Shown here in pieces: positions 1 through 7,792 of a DNA stretch of 24,691 nucleotides. The stretch lies in NCBI GenBank assembly GCA_964367795.1, contig CAYIZU010000005.1:1-24691 (forward strand), in the 5' to 3' direction. Positions within the stretch are counted from its first letter, which is position 1, and each line of letters begins with the position of its first letter. Origin of the DNA: an uncultured Rikenellaceae bacterium (GTDB taxonomy: Bacteria; Bacteroidota; Bacteroidia; Bacteroidales; Rikenellaceae). The position numbers were made by a program, and so were the translations under genes. The notes beneath the pieces are model-generated. The model saw nothing but the letters and a program-made list of their open reading frames with translations, was not told the DNA's origin and made no database searches.

Positions 1-160
1 CCGCATCATTAGCAATTATAGTTAAATCTTTAACATCGCTCTCGCAAATGTAGTCAATTACTAACTCTGCCGCCCCGTTGGCAAGGAAGCCCCCAATCAT
101 TATTGTCATACCATTGTTGAGTAATGCAATAACATCATTTTTTTGTGACAATTTATTCAT
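1..160 (-). CDS. atoD: CoA-transferase subunit A (acetate/butyrate-acetoacetate CoA-transferase alpha family), 5' part, runs off the window start
   Basis: Not in the ORF track. Manual translation from ATG at 160: MNKLSQKNDVIALLNNGMTIMIGGFLANGAAELVIDYICESDVKDLTIIANDA. The GMTIMIGGF and KDLTIIAND motifs are typical of AtoD/CtfA. The exact ortholog is uncertain. Confidence 0.85.
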   Translation of the reverse strand, partial: MNKLSQKNDVIALLNNGMTIMIGGFLANGAAELVIDYICESDVKDLTIIANDA

Positions 161-226
161 AATACATTAATTGTGTTTAAAAATAATCATATGACATTAT
201 TTTTGTTTATTATATAACATCTGTGG

Positions 227-258
227 CAAAGGTACGATTTATTTTTTTTATATGCAAG
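227..258 (-). promoter_or_regulatory. Bacteroidota sigmaA-type promoter for the CoA-transferase gene
   Basis: Minus strand CTTG (258-255), 20 nt, TACCTTTG (234-227). Matches TTTG-N19-21-TAnnTTTG with one mismatch in the -33 element. Confidence 0.7.
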
Positions 259-388
259 GGATGCAAGATTTTTTTTTTAAATCGAAATTCGTTATTTTAA
301 TAATAATGCTATTTTTCATTAGGTGGGCTGAAAATTTAGGGGGTGTAAATTGAAATAATGCTATTTTTTAGAAATTATCCCCATAAAA

Positions 389-420
389 TTTGGGGGTACC
401 AATAAAAAAAAGTATCTTTG
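389..420 (+). promoter_or_regulatory. Bacteroidota sigmaA-type promoter for glutamine synthetase
   Basis: TTTG (389-392), 20 nt, TATCTTTG (413-420), an exact consensus match. The ORF-track TTG start at 418 lies inside the -7 element. Confidence 0.8.
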
Positions 421-444
421 CAGAGAATTTATAAAATAATTACT

Positions 445-2634
445 ATGGAATCACAAAGATTTACTTCACTAAAAGAGGTGGCAAAAAGAGCTAAAGTTCA
501 CCATAAGGTATGCAAAGAAAAAATATCATCATATTTTGGGTGTGATGTTTTCTCATTAGACACTATGAGAGGATATCTGTCTAAAGAGGTACATGAGAGT
601 GTTTGTAATGCTATTGACCAAGGCCGTAGGATAGATAGGAAAATTGCAGATCAAGTGGCGGCTGGTATGAAGGTATGGGCGTTAGAGCGCGGAGTAACAC
701 ACTACACTCACTGGTTTCAACCTTTAAATAACTCAACAGCAGAGAAACATGATGCTTTTTTTGAACCCATATGGGGTGGTGGTTCGTTTGAGAACTTTAA
801 GGGTGAGTTGTTATTTCAGCAAGAGCCTGATGCATCTTCGTTTCCAAATGGTGGGTTGAGAAACACATTCGAAGCGCGTGGATATTCCGCATGGGACCCT
901 TCATCTCCGGCATTTATTGTTGAAAACACACTTTGTATCCCGAGTATATTTGTTTCATACACTGGTGAATCGTTAGACTTTAAGACCCCACTACTAAAAT
1001 CTTTGGCTTTGATTGATAAAGCGGCGGTTGAGGTGTGTCAATTTTTTGATAAAGAGGTTTCTAAGGTGCAAGTTACACTTGGATGTGAACAAGAGTATTT
1101 TTTGGTTGACGAGGCACTATATTTTGCCCGTACCGACTTATATCAAACAGGGCGTACGCTTATGGGGCATATTGCGGCTAAAGACCAGCAGTTAGATGAT
1201 CACTATTTTGGTGTTATTCCTGAGAGAGTAACAGCTTATATGAAAGATTTTGAATATTATGCTTACCGTTTGGGAATACCACTAAAAACACGCCATAATG
1301 AGGTTGCCCCTAATCAATTTGAGTGTGCTCCTATGTTTGAAGAGGCAAATATTGCTGTAGACCATAATACGTTGCTTATGAATCTGATGATGATACTTGC
1401 CCCCAAGCATAAATTAAGGGTTTTGTTTCATGAAAAGCCATATTTAGGTGTTAATGGTTCAGGGAAACATTGTAATTGGGCAATGGTGACAAATAAGGGG
1501 GTTAATCTGCTATCTCCGGGAAAGACTCCTAAGACTAATATGCAATTTTTATCGTTTTTCGTTTGTACAATAAAGGCAATGAGTGATTATGGCTCTATGG
1601 TTATGGCATCTATTGCAAGCGAGTCTAATTCTCATAGGCTGGGAGCTAACGAGGCGCCACCTTCGATTATGTCGGTTTTTGCTGGTTCGAAACTAAATGA
1701 GGTATTAGAAGAGATAGAAAGTCGCGTTACTGATAAGAAGATGACTCCAGATGAAAAAACGGAGTTGAAATTAAATATTGGTAAGATACCAGAAATTTTA
1801 CTTGATAACACAGACAGAAATAGAACATCGCCTTTTGCCTTTACTGGTAATCGTTTTGAGTTTCGTGCTACAGGTTCGTCGGCAAACTGCGCGGCCCCTC
1901 TGATTGCTATTAATACCGCTGTTGCTAATCAGTTATTTCAATTTGCAAAGGATGTAAATAATTTAGTAGATAAAGGAATTAAGAGGGATGAGGCTATTTT
2001 TCAAGTACTTCGTGAGTATATTATTGCATCTAAGAAAGTACGCTTTGAGGGTAATGGATACAGTACCGAGTGGATTGAAGAGGCAACAAAAGTGAGAGGA
2101 CTTGAGAGCATATCTAATGTTCCAGAGGCTTTTGAGTTGCTTGTTCGCGATGATATTGTTAGGCTTTATGAGAAGCATAAGATATTGTCTCGTGAAGAGC
2201 TTATGGCACGCTATGAAATAAATAATGAGATATATTTTAAGAAATTACAAATAGAATCGCGCGTCATGGTTGATGTTGCAGCAAATCATATAATACCGAC
2301 AGCTATAAATTATCAAAATGTACTTATAGATAATGTTCGTGGATTGATGCAGATATTTCCCAACGACTATGAGACCCTTGCTGAAGAGGAGATGCGTACA
2401 CTTAAGAAAGTGGCAGGTTATGTGCGACTTATTCGTACAAATAGTAAGTTGATGATTGAGGCAAGGCGCAAATGGAACTCTGTACCATCTGTAATAGCAC
2501 GAAGTAGAGGCTATCATGATGAGGTAAGACCTTATTTTGATGTAATCCGTGATGCAATAGATAAGTTAGAGCTTATCGTTGATGACAGGTTGTGGCCACT
2601 ACCGAAATACCGCGAACTTTTTGAGATATATTAA
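445..2634 (+). CDS. glnA: Glutamine synthetase type III
   Basis: About 729 aa with GSIII motifs THYTHWFQPL, EPDASSFPNGGLR, HNEVAPNQFE, HEKPYLGVNGSGKH, DRNRTSPFAFTGNRFEFRA and C-terminal WPLPKYRELF. Start moved to the ATG at 445, downstream of the promoter. Confidence 0.97.
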   Translation: MESQRFTSLKEVAKRAKVHHKVCKEKISSYFGCDVFSLDTMRGYLSKEVHESVCNAIDQGRRIDRKIADQVAAGMKVWALERGVTHYTHWFQPLNNSTAEKHDAFFEPIWGGGSFENFKGELLFQQEPDASSFPNGGLRNTFEARGYSAWDPSSPAFIVENTLCIPSIFVSYTGESLDFKTPLLKSLALIDKAAVEVCQFFDKEVSKVQVTLGCEQEYFLVDEALYFARTDLYQTGRTLMGHIAAKDQQLDDHYFGVIPERVTAYMKDFEYYAYRLGIPLKTRHNEVAPNQFECAPMFEEANIAVDHNTLLMNLMMILAPKHKLRVLFHEKPYLGVNGSGKHCNWAMVTNKGVNLLSPGKTPKTNMQFLSFFVCTIKAMSDYGSMVMASIASESNSHRLGANEAPPSIMSVFAGSKLNEVLEEIESRVTDKKMTPDEKTELKLNIGKIPEILLDNTDRNRTSPFAFTGNRFEFRATGSSANCAAPLIAINTAVANQLFQFAKDVNNLVDKGIKRDEAIFQVLREYIIASKKVRFEGNGYSTEWIEEATKVRGLESISNVPEAFELLVRDDIVRLYEKHKILSREELMARYEINNEIYFKKLQIESRVMVDVAANHIIPTAINYQNVLIDNVRGLMQIFPNDYETLAEEEMRTLKKVAGYVRLIRTNSKLMIEARRKWNSVPSVIARSRGYHDEVRPYFDVIRDAIDKLELIVDDRLWPLPKYRELFEIY

Positions 2635-2641
2635 TGCTAAT

Positions 2642-2679
2642 GAGGCTGTCTCGAATTATTTCGAGGCAGCCTCTTTTTT
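2642..2679 (+). terminator. Intrinsic terminator after glnA, between convergent genes
   Basis: 14-bp stem GAGGCTGTCTCGAA / TTCGAGGCAGCCTC (one G-U), loop TTAT, followed by T6. Confidence 0.9.
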
Positions 2680-2719
2680 GAGACAATTTCATTGTTTTGC
2701 GATTCTTCACAATACAAGC

Positions 2720-3538
2720 CTAGAGCCTGAAAACTAATCTTATACTTCCATTTACTGGTACAGCTTTACCATTTTTTATCGCAGGTTTCCATGCCGGTGC
2801 TGATTTTACTGCCTTAATAACTTCAGTGGTCAATATAGGGGCTGGTGAAGATATGATTTTTATATTATCTATTTCACCATTTTTATCTATTATAAACTCT
2901 ATTTTGACAGCTCCCATTATACCTTTCTCAATTGCTGATTTTGGATAAATAATACGTTTTTGAACCCATTTGCGAAAAGCCATCATACTTTCATATCCTT
3001 CTGTATGATTTCGGAACGAGGGAGCTATATCCGGCTTACCATATTCTTTATTCTCTCCATTTTTAGTTGGAGAAGATTCTCTATTAGTCTTATTAAAATT
3101 AATTACCTCATCGTTTATTATGTTAAAAGCAATTTTTACAGTGGAAAAAACAGATACTTTCTTGCCTTTATTGCGCGCTGGAGTCCATTTAGGGGCTATT
3201 TTCATAACCCTAATAACTTCATTACTTAATAGTTCACTAGGTGAATCTATTACTTCAATGTCCTTAATTTTGCCTCTATTATCTATTACGAAACGCAATA
3301 AAACATCTCCAGATATGTTATTACTCAGTGCCACATCGGGGTAAGAAATCTGAGATTGAACCCACCTCCTGAAAGTTTTTGTGCTTTCGTAGCCACTTTT
3401 CATGCCATCAAAGGAGGCTCCAATTTCCGCCTTATATAAAGGTTTGTCTTTATCATCTACGGGACTAATTTCGCTTGTAAAAGAGGTTGTTACTGTGAAA
3501 AATAACAACATGAGAAAAATATTAAGGATTGTTTTCAT
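2720..3538 (-). CDS. TonB family protein with signal peptide and two TonB C-terminal domains
   Basis: Two repeats of FR.WVQ..I.YP..A....I.G.V...F.ID..G.I..I.....P...L..EVI......P.W.PA...GK.V. N-terminal hydrophobic segment MKTILNIFLMLLFFTVTTSFTS. Confidence 0.88.
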   Translation of the reverse strand: MKTILNIFLMLLFFTVTTSFTSEISPVDDKDKPLYKAEIGASFDGMKSGYESTKTFRRWVQSQISYPDVALSNNISGDVLLRFVIDNRGKIKDIEVIDSPSELLSNEVIRVMKIAPKWTPARNKGKKVSVFSTVKIAFNIINDEVINFNKTNRESSPTKNGENKEYGKPDIAPSFRNHTEGYESMMAFRKWVQKRIIYPKSAIEKGIMGAVKIEFIIDKNGEIDNIKIISSPAPILTTEVIKAVKSAPAWKPAIKNGKAVPVNGSIRLVFRL

Positions 3539-3576
3539 AATTTAGGGTTGGTTATAATATTAGATATTTAATTTAG

Positions 3577-4407
3577 TTATATAGCAAAAACTATTCTTAT
3601 AGTTGCGTACACCGGTACAGGCTTCCCTTTTTCTTGGCCAGGTTTCCACGCTGGTGCCGATTCTATTACGCGTGTAACCTCTTTTGTCATTATAGGGCTT
3701 GGGGATGATAGGACATTAATATCAACAATCTCCCCGTTTTTGTCGATAACAAATCTAATGTTAACACTTCCAGTAACTTTCTTTTTTACAAGCTCTTTGG
3801 GATATTTAACTCGCTCTTGAACCCATTTACGAAAAGCTACAGCACTTTCATAGCCTGCCTTTAACCCCTGAAATGCAGGTGCAATTTCAGGCTTAAATAT
3901 TGGTGCTTCTCCATCAATTAAAAGTGGTGATGTGGGTGCGGCTGGTCTACTAATCACCTGCTTAGCCTCCTCCTTATTATCATCAGAACTAAAAACAATC
4001 CTAATGGTTGCATAAACAGATACTTTTTTTCCTCTATCCTCTGCCGGAGTCCATTTAGGAGCTTTCTTCATGGCACGTATTACCTCATCTGTTAATATTT
4101 TACTTGGGGAATCTAGTACTACAAAATCTTTAAGTTCACCATTTTTGTCTATCACAAACCGTAGTGCTACTGCTCCAGATATATTCTTATCTTTCGCCTC
4201 TTTTGGGTATTTTATCTTTGATTCAACCCATTTTCGGAGCTCTATTATGCCCTCTCTGCCCTCTTTTCCTTTGAATTTAGGTGCAATATCAGACCTGAAT
4301 AATGGTTGCTCCTCATCAGCGATAGGAGTGTTGCTACCTCCATATGAGATAGTCGTTACTGTTAAAGTTATTGTTAACAGCAATAAAATATTACGCATTG
4401 TTTTCAT
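3577..4407 (-). CDS. TonB family protein with signal peptide and two TonB C-terminal domains
   Basis: Same double TonB_C architecture (KYPKEAKDKNISGAVALRFVIDKNG and KYPKELVKKKVTGSVNIRFVIDKNG). Signal-like N-terminus MKTMRNILLLLTITLTVTTISYG. Confidence 0.88.
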   Translation of the reverse strand: MKTMRNILLLLTITLTVTTISYGGSNTPIADEEQPLFRSDIAPKFKGKEGREGIIELRKWVESKIKYPKEAKDKNISGAVALRFVIDKNGELKDFVVLDSPSKILTDEVIRAMKKAPKWTPAEDRGKKVSVYATIRIVFSSDDNKEEAKQVISRPAAPTSPLLIDGEAPIFKPEIAPAFQGLKAGYESAVAFRKWVQERVKYPKELVKKKVTGSVNIRFVIDKNGEIVDINVLSSPSPIMTKEVTRVIESAPAWKPGQEKGKPVPVYATIRIVFAI

Positions 4408-4416
4408 AACTTAAAA

Positions 4417-5130
4417 TTATTTTATTAAAAAAAGTACTCTAATTGTTGCATGCACAGATACCGGTTTATCACGTTGTTGACCCGGTGTCCAAGCCGGCGA
4501 AGATTTCATTACCTTGATAACCTCCTCTGATAATAGTTTATCAGGAGAGGAGAGAACTTTAATATCGCTAATCTTTCCATCTTTGCCAATAACAAATTTT
4601 ATTGACACAGCCCCAGTGATATGACTTTCTTGGAATACCAACGGATATGCTACTCGTTGTTGTACCCATCTGCGAAAAGCATTTTCACTTGCGCTGCCCC
4701 CCTCATTACCTCCAAAAGTGGGTGCAATCTCTGCTTTAAATACTGGCACATCATCCTCTGGGGCGAGTATGCTACCATCATTCGGAATACCTTTAGGTAG
4801 GGTAGACCAGTTAGGTGTATCTTCGTCTGTTTCTGGATTGAATATGTCTGTCTCTTCCAGCTCTATCGTATTTTCAACTACCTCAATCTTATCCGTAATA
4901 GATGGAGCAACAATCTTAGTGATTTGAGGTTTAATATCATCTTCAACAGTTATTGGTGGCTGCTCAATAATAACATCCTTAACAACACTTCTAATTACCT
5001 CAATATCTAAATCTTGTTGAGATATGTTGAACATACCAGTAATAAAAAATATTGATATAATAAGACCTATTTGAGCAAATAACCCCTTTTTTGCTTGAAG
5101 ATTTGCCTTTAATGATTTTTTAACTTCCAT
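4417..5130 (-). CDS. tonB: Energy transducer TonB (canonical Bacteroidota type)
   Basis: MEVKKSLKANL N-terminus, one TM helix, acidic linker, single TonB_C domain (YPLVFQESHITGAVSIKFVIGKDG...WTPGQQRDKPV). Confidence 0.9.
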   Translation of the reverse strand: MEVKKSLKANLQAKKGLFAQIGLIISIFFITGMFNISQQDLDIEVIRSVVKDVIIEQPPITVEDDIKPQITKIVAPSITDKIEVVENTIELEETDIFNPETDEDTPNWSTLPKGIPNDGSILAPEDDVPVFKAEIAPTFGGNEGGSASENAFRRWVQQRVAYPLVFQESHITGAVSIKFVIGKDGKISDIKVLSSPDKLLSEEVIKVMKSSPAWTPGQQRDKPVSVHATIRVLFLIK

Positions 5131-5256
5131 GATTCAAAATTTAATAATTAAACAATCTTTTAGTTTCAAATAACGGATTTTTAAAGCTATATCATAAGCA
5201 AAATATATTATTGTTATATATTTTAAACGTATTTTTGTGAAAATATATTATTTTTC

Positions 5257-6552
5257 TTAAAATATTTTTCGTTGCCTTAAGTAGTTTATATATCCATTCC
5301 AATCTGTTATTACACTATTAGCAACACCGCTATCTATTGCAGCCTTAGCAACTGCTGTTGAAACTCGATAATACAATCTTTCGTCAAGTGGTTTCGGTAT
5401 TATATACTCCGCTCCAAAAGAGATATTATCTACATTGTAGGCTCTTTTCACCTCTTCTGTCACCTCTTCCTTAGCCAAAGCAGCAATCTCACGTGCAGCA
5501 GCTATTTTCATATCTTCATTGATAATAGAAGCCTTTACATCTAATGCCCCACGGAAAATGTAAGGGAATCCAATAACATTATTCACCTGATTTGGGTAGT
5601 CGCTACGACCTGTGGCAATAATAATATCTTGTCGTGCTGCTTTAGCGTTATCATACGATATTTCAGGTGTCGGATTGGCAAGGGCAAAAACTATTGGGTT
5701 CTCTGCCATTGATTTAATCATTTCAGGTGTTAAAATGTCCCCTTTGGATACTCCAAGAAATAGATCTGCGCCTTTCATAGCCTCTTTAAGAGTGTGTATA
5801 TCGCGAGTGGTTGCAAATTCTGCTTTTTCCTTAGATAAATTCATGCTGTCACTTCTTATAACACCTTTGCTATCGCACATAACGATATTTTCTGGTTGCA
5901 CACCAAAAACTTTATACAATCGTGCACATGCTATCGCCGCAGCACCTGCTCCATTAACAACAACCTTTATTTTATCAACATCTTTTCCTGCTAACTCTAA
6001 AGCATTTATCATTGCTGCAGTTGTAATAATTGCTGTTCCATGTTGATCGTCGTGCATGACAGGTATGTTTAGCTCCTCTTTTAACCTTTTTTCTATAATA
6101 AAACACTCGGGGGCTTTTATATCTTCAAGATTTACACCTCCGAAAGTTGGGGATATTAGCTTTACTGTTTGTATGAATAATTCGATATCTGTTGTGTCAA
6201 CCTCTATATCTATTGCGTCTACTCCCGATAGGGATTTAAAAAGAACACTCTTACCCTCCATTACAGGCTTACTTGCCAACGCCCCTATATTGCCCAATCC
6301 AAGAACGGCTGTTCCGTTAGATATTATTGCAACAAGATTTTGACGATTTGTATAAAGGTCAACGGTTTCGGGATTTTGCGCTATCTCCAAGCAGGGTAGT
6401 GCAACCCCTGGTGTATATGCCAATGATAAGTCGTGCTGTGTTTTATATGGCTTTGTCGGTGTAACCTGTGTTTTCCCACATGGAAAGCTATTATGATAAC
6501 CTAATGCTTCGGTTACGTTATTCTGTTTAGATATTAAATTACTTTTTGTCAT
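5257..6552 (-). CDS. maeB: NAD(P)-dependent malic enzyme, MaeB-like malic domain only (no phosphotransacetylase domain)
   Basis: LSLAYTPGVA, SNGTAVLGLGNIG, KPVMEGK, NLEDIKAPECF, HDDQHGTAI, GAGAAA, ATGRSDYPNQVNN. Length 431 aa. Confidence 0.93.
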   Translation of the reverse strand: MTKSNLISKQNNVTEALGYHNSFPCGKTQVTPTKPYKTQHDLSLAYTPGVALPCLEIAQNPETVDLYTNRQNLVAIISNGTAVLGLGNIGALASKPVMEGKSVLFKSLSGVDAIDIEVDTTDIELFIQTVKLISPTFGGVNLEDIKAPECFIIEKRLKEELNIPVMHDDQHGTAIITTAAMINALELAGKDVDKIKVVVNGAGAAAIACARLYKVFGVQPENIVMCDSKGVIRSDSMNLSKEKAEFATTRDIHTLKEAMKGADLFLGVSKGDILTPEMIKSMAENPIVFALANPTPEISYDNAKAARQDIIIATGRSDYPNQVNNVIGFPYIFRGALDVKASIINEDMKIAAAREIAALAKEEVTEEVKRAYNVDNISFGAEYIIPKPLDERLYYRVSTAVAKAAIDSGVANSVITDWNGYINYLRQRKIF

Positions 6553-6595
6553 ATAATTATTTTTTTATAATTTTACGCCCATAAATTATTGCAAC

Positions 6596-7057
6596 GTGAA
6601 AAATACTCTTAACCTTCCACCGTGCCATCTCAAAATAGAGCGTAACTAAGAGGGTTTACTACATAAAGATACTGTTTTCGATATAGTGAGAAAACAGTGG
6701 GTGGCACTCACTCCAGAGGAGTTAGTGCGACAATCTTTTGTACACTATCTCATTAATCATCTATCAGTACCGATAACCCACATTAGTATCGAACAGCGCT
6801 TTTTATTTGATAATGGCAAGATGCAACGTGCCGACATTGTGATTTATGATTACAGCGGAAAACCCTTCATGCTTGTAGAGTGTAAATCACCAGCGGTCAA
6901 GATAGCTAATGCAACATTTATGCAAGCATCACGATACAATGCCTATATAAAAGCACAATATATTGTTGTAACTAATGGAAAACAACATCACTGTGTTTCA
7001 ACAGAAGATTTTATAAACTACAAAACCGAAAATGCTATACCAAAATATAAAGAGTAG
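6596..7057 (+). pseudogene. Type I restriction enzyme HsdR N-terminal-domain protein (HSDR_N_2-like), interrupted by an in-frame TAA at 6647-6649
   Basis: From GTG 6596 the frame reads MKNTLNLPPCHLKIERN*EGLLHKDTVFDIVRKQWVALTPEELVRQ...RADIV...LVECK...QASRYN...VTNG. The family-typical LNLP and FD..RK motifs lie upstream of the ORF-track start at 6686. Family call is confident. Pseudogene versus sequence error is unresolved. Confidence 0.75.
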
Positions 7058-7058
7058 T

Positions 7059-7715
7059 CTAAAATGCTAATTCAATGAAGTTAGATATGTTATTCTCATA
7101 ATCCTTCATAGCTGCACATACTACGGCTTTAGCCTCCTCTGAATTATATATCTCCGTAATCTGACATCTACTATCCGTTGGTAAATCCTTATAGGTTAGA
7201 AAGTAGTGCCTTAGCCTATCTAGAACAACAGTATTTAACTCCGATATATCATTTATATCACCATAAACAGCATCGTGTATTAATACTCCAATTATTTTAT
7301 CATCAGCTTCTCCATTATCAATCATCCTAAAGCCACCTATCGGTTTTACACGAGCTATCAAGTCGCCATGAGGGATATGTTTCTCAGTCAAAACGCATAT
7401 ATCAAGTGGGTCTTTATCCCCCACAACCTCTACCCCTACCGATGCCGTACACCTTTTTGCTACCTCCTCGGCACAATATGTTTGAGGAATAAAACCATAA
7501 AGAGCCGGTAATATACTTGAATACTTCTGCGGTCTATCAATACGTAGAAAGCCCGACGGTTTGTCTATTTCATATTTTACCGTATCACTATCTACCATCT
7601 CAATAAAACAAACAAAAGAGTTAGGAGCATCTGCTCCTAACTCTATACCATGCCACGGATGCGATTTATATCGCAAACCCATGAGACCTCTAATATTTAG
7701 TTCTAATCTACCCAT
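7059..7715 (-). CDS. ppa: Inorganic pyrophosphatase, family I
   Basis: HPWHG, VKYEIDK, LYGFIPQT, GDKDPLDICV, MIDNGEADDKII, YFLTYKDL. Confidence 0.95.
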   Translation of the reverse strand: MGRLELNIRGLMGLRYKSHPWHGIELGADAPNSFVCFIEMVDSDTVKYEIDKPSGFLRIDRPQKYSSILPALYGFIPQTYCAEEVAKRCTASVGVEVVGDKDPLDICVLTEKHIPHGDLIARVKPIGGFRMIDNGEADDKIIGVLIHDAVYGDINDISELNTVVLDRLRHYFLTYKDLPTDSRCQITEIYNSEEAKAVVCAAMKDYENNISNFIELAF

Positions 7716-7740
7716 AAATTATTTTTTTCGACAATAATTG

Positions 7741-7748
7741 CAAAGGTA
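7741..7748 (-). promoter_or_regulatory. -7 promoter element for ppa
   Basis: TACCTTTG on the minus strand, 25 nt upstream of the ATG. No clear -33 element. Confidence 0.6.
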
Positions 7749-7792
7749 GTGAAAAAAAATTATATTTTTATTAATTTTCTATTTTTTTTGCA

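Noticed and set aside
179..204. Inverted repeat AAAAATAAT-N8-ATTATTTTT in the CoA-transferase leader
   Set aside because: A/T-only arms in a very AT-rich spacer are expected by chance. No other support.
418..444. TTG starts in the ORF track for glnA (418) and pepE (21379)
   Set aside because: Both TTGs are the end of the TAnnTTTG promoter element. Downstream ATGs at 445 and 21412 fit better.
2648..2665. Repeated terminator core as a DNA uptake sequence
   Set aside because: I saw no enrichment of the arm sequence elsewhere in 24 kb, unlike true uptake sequences.
6596..7057. Type I restriction-modification or defence locus
   Set aside because: No hsdM, hsdS or helicase domain nearby. The stand-alone HsdR_N protein is common in Bacteroidota.
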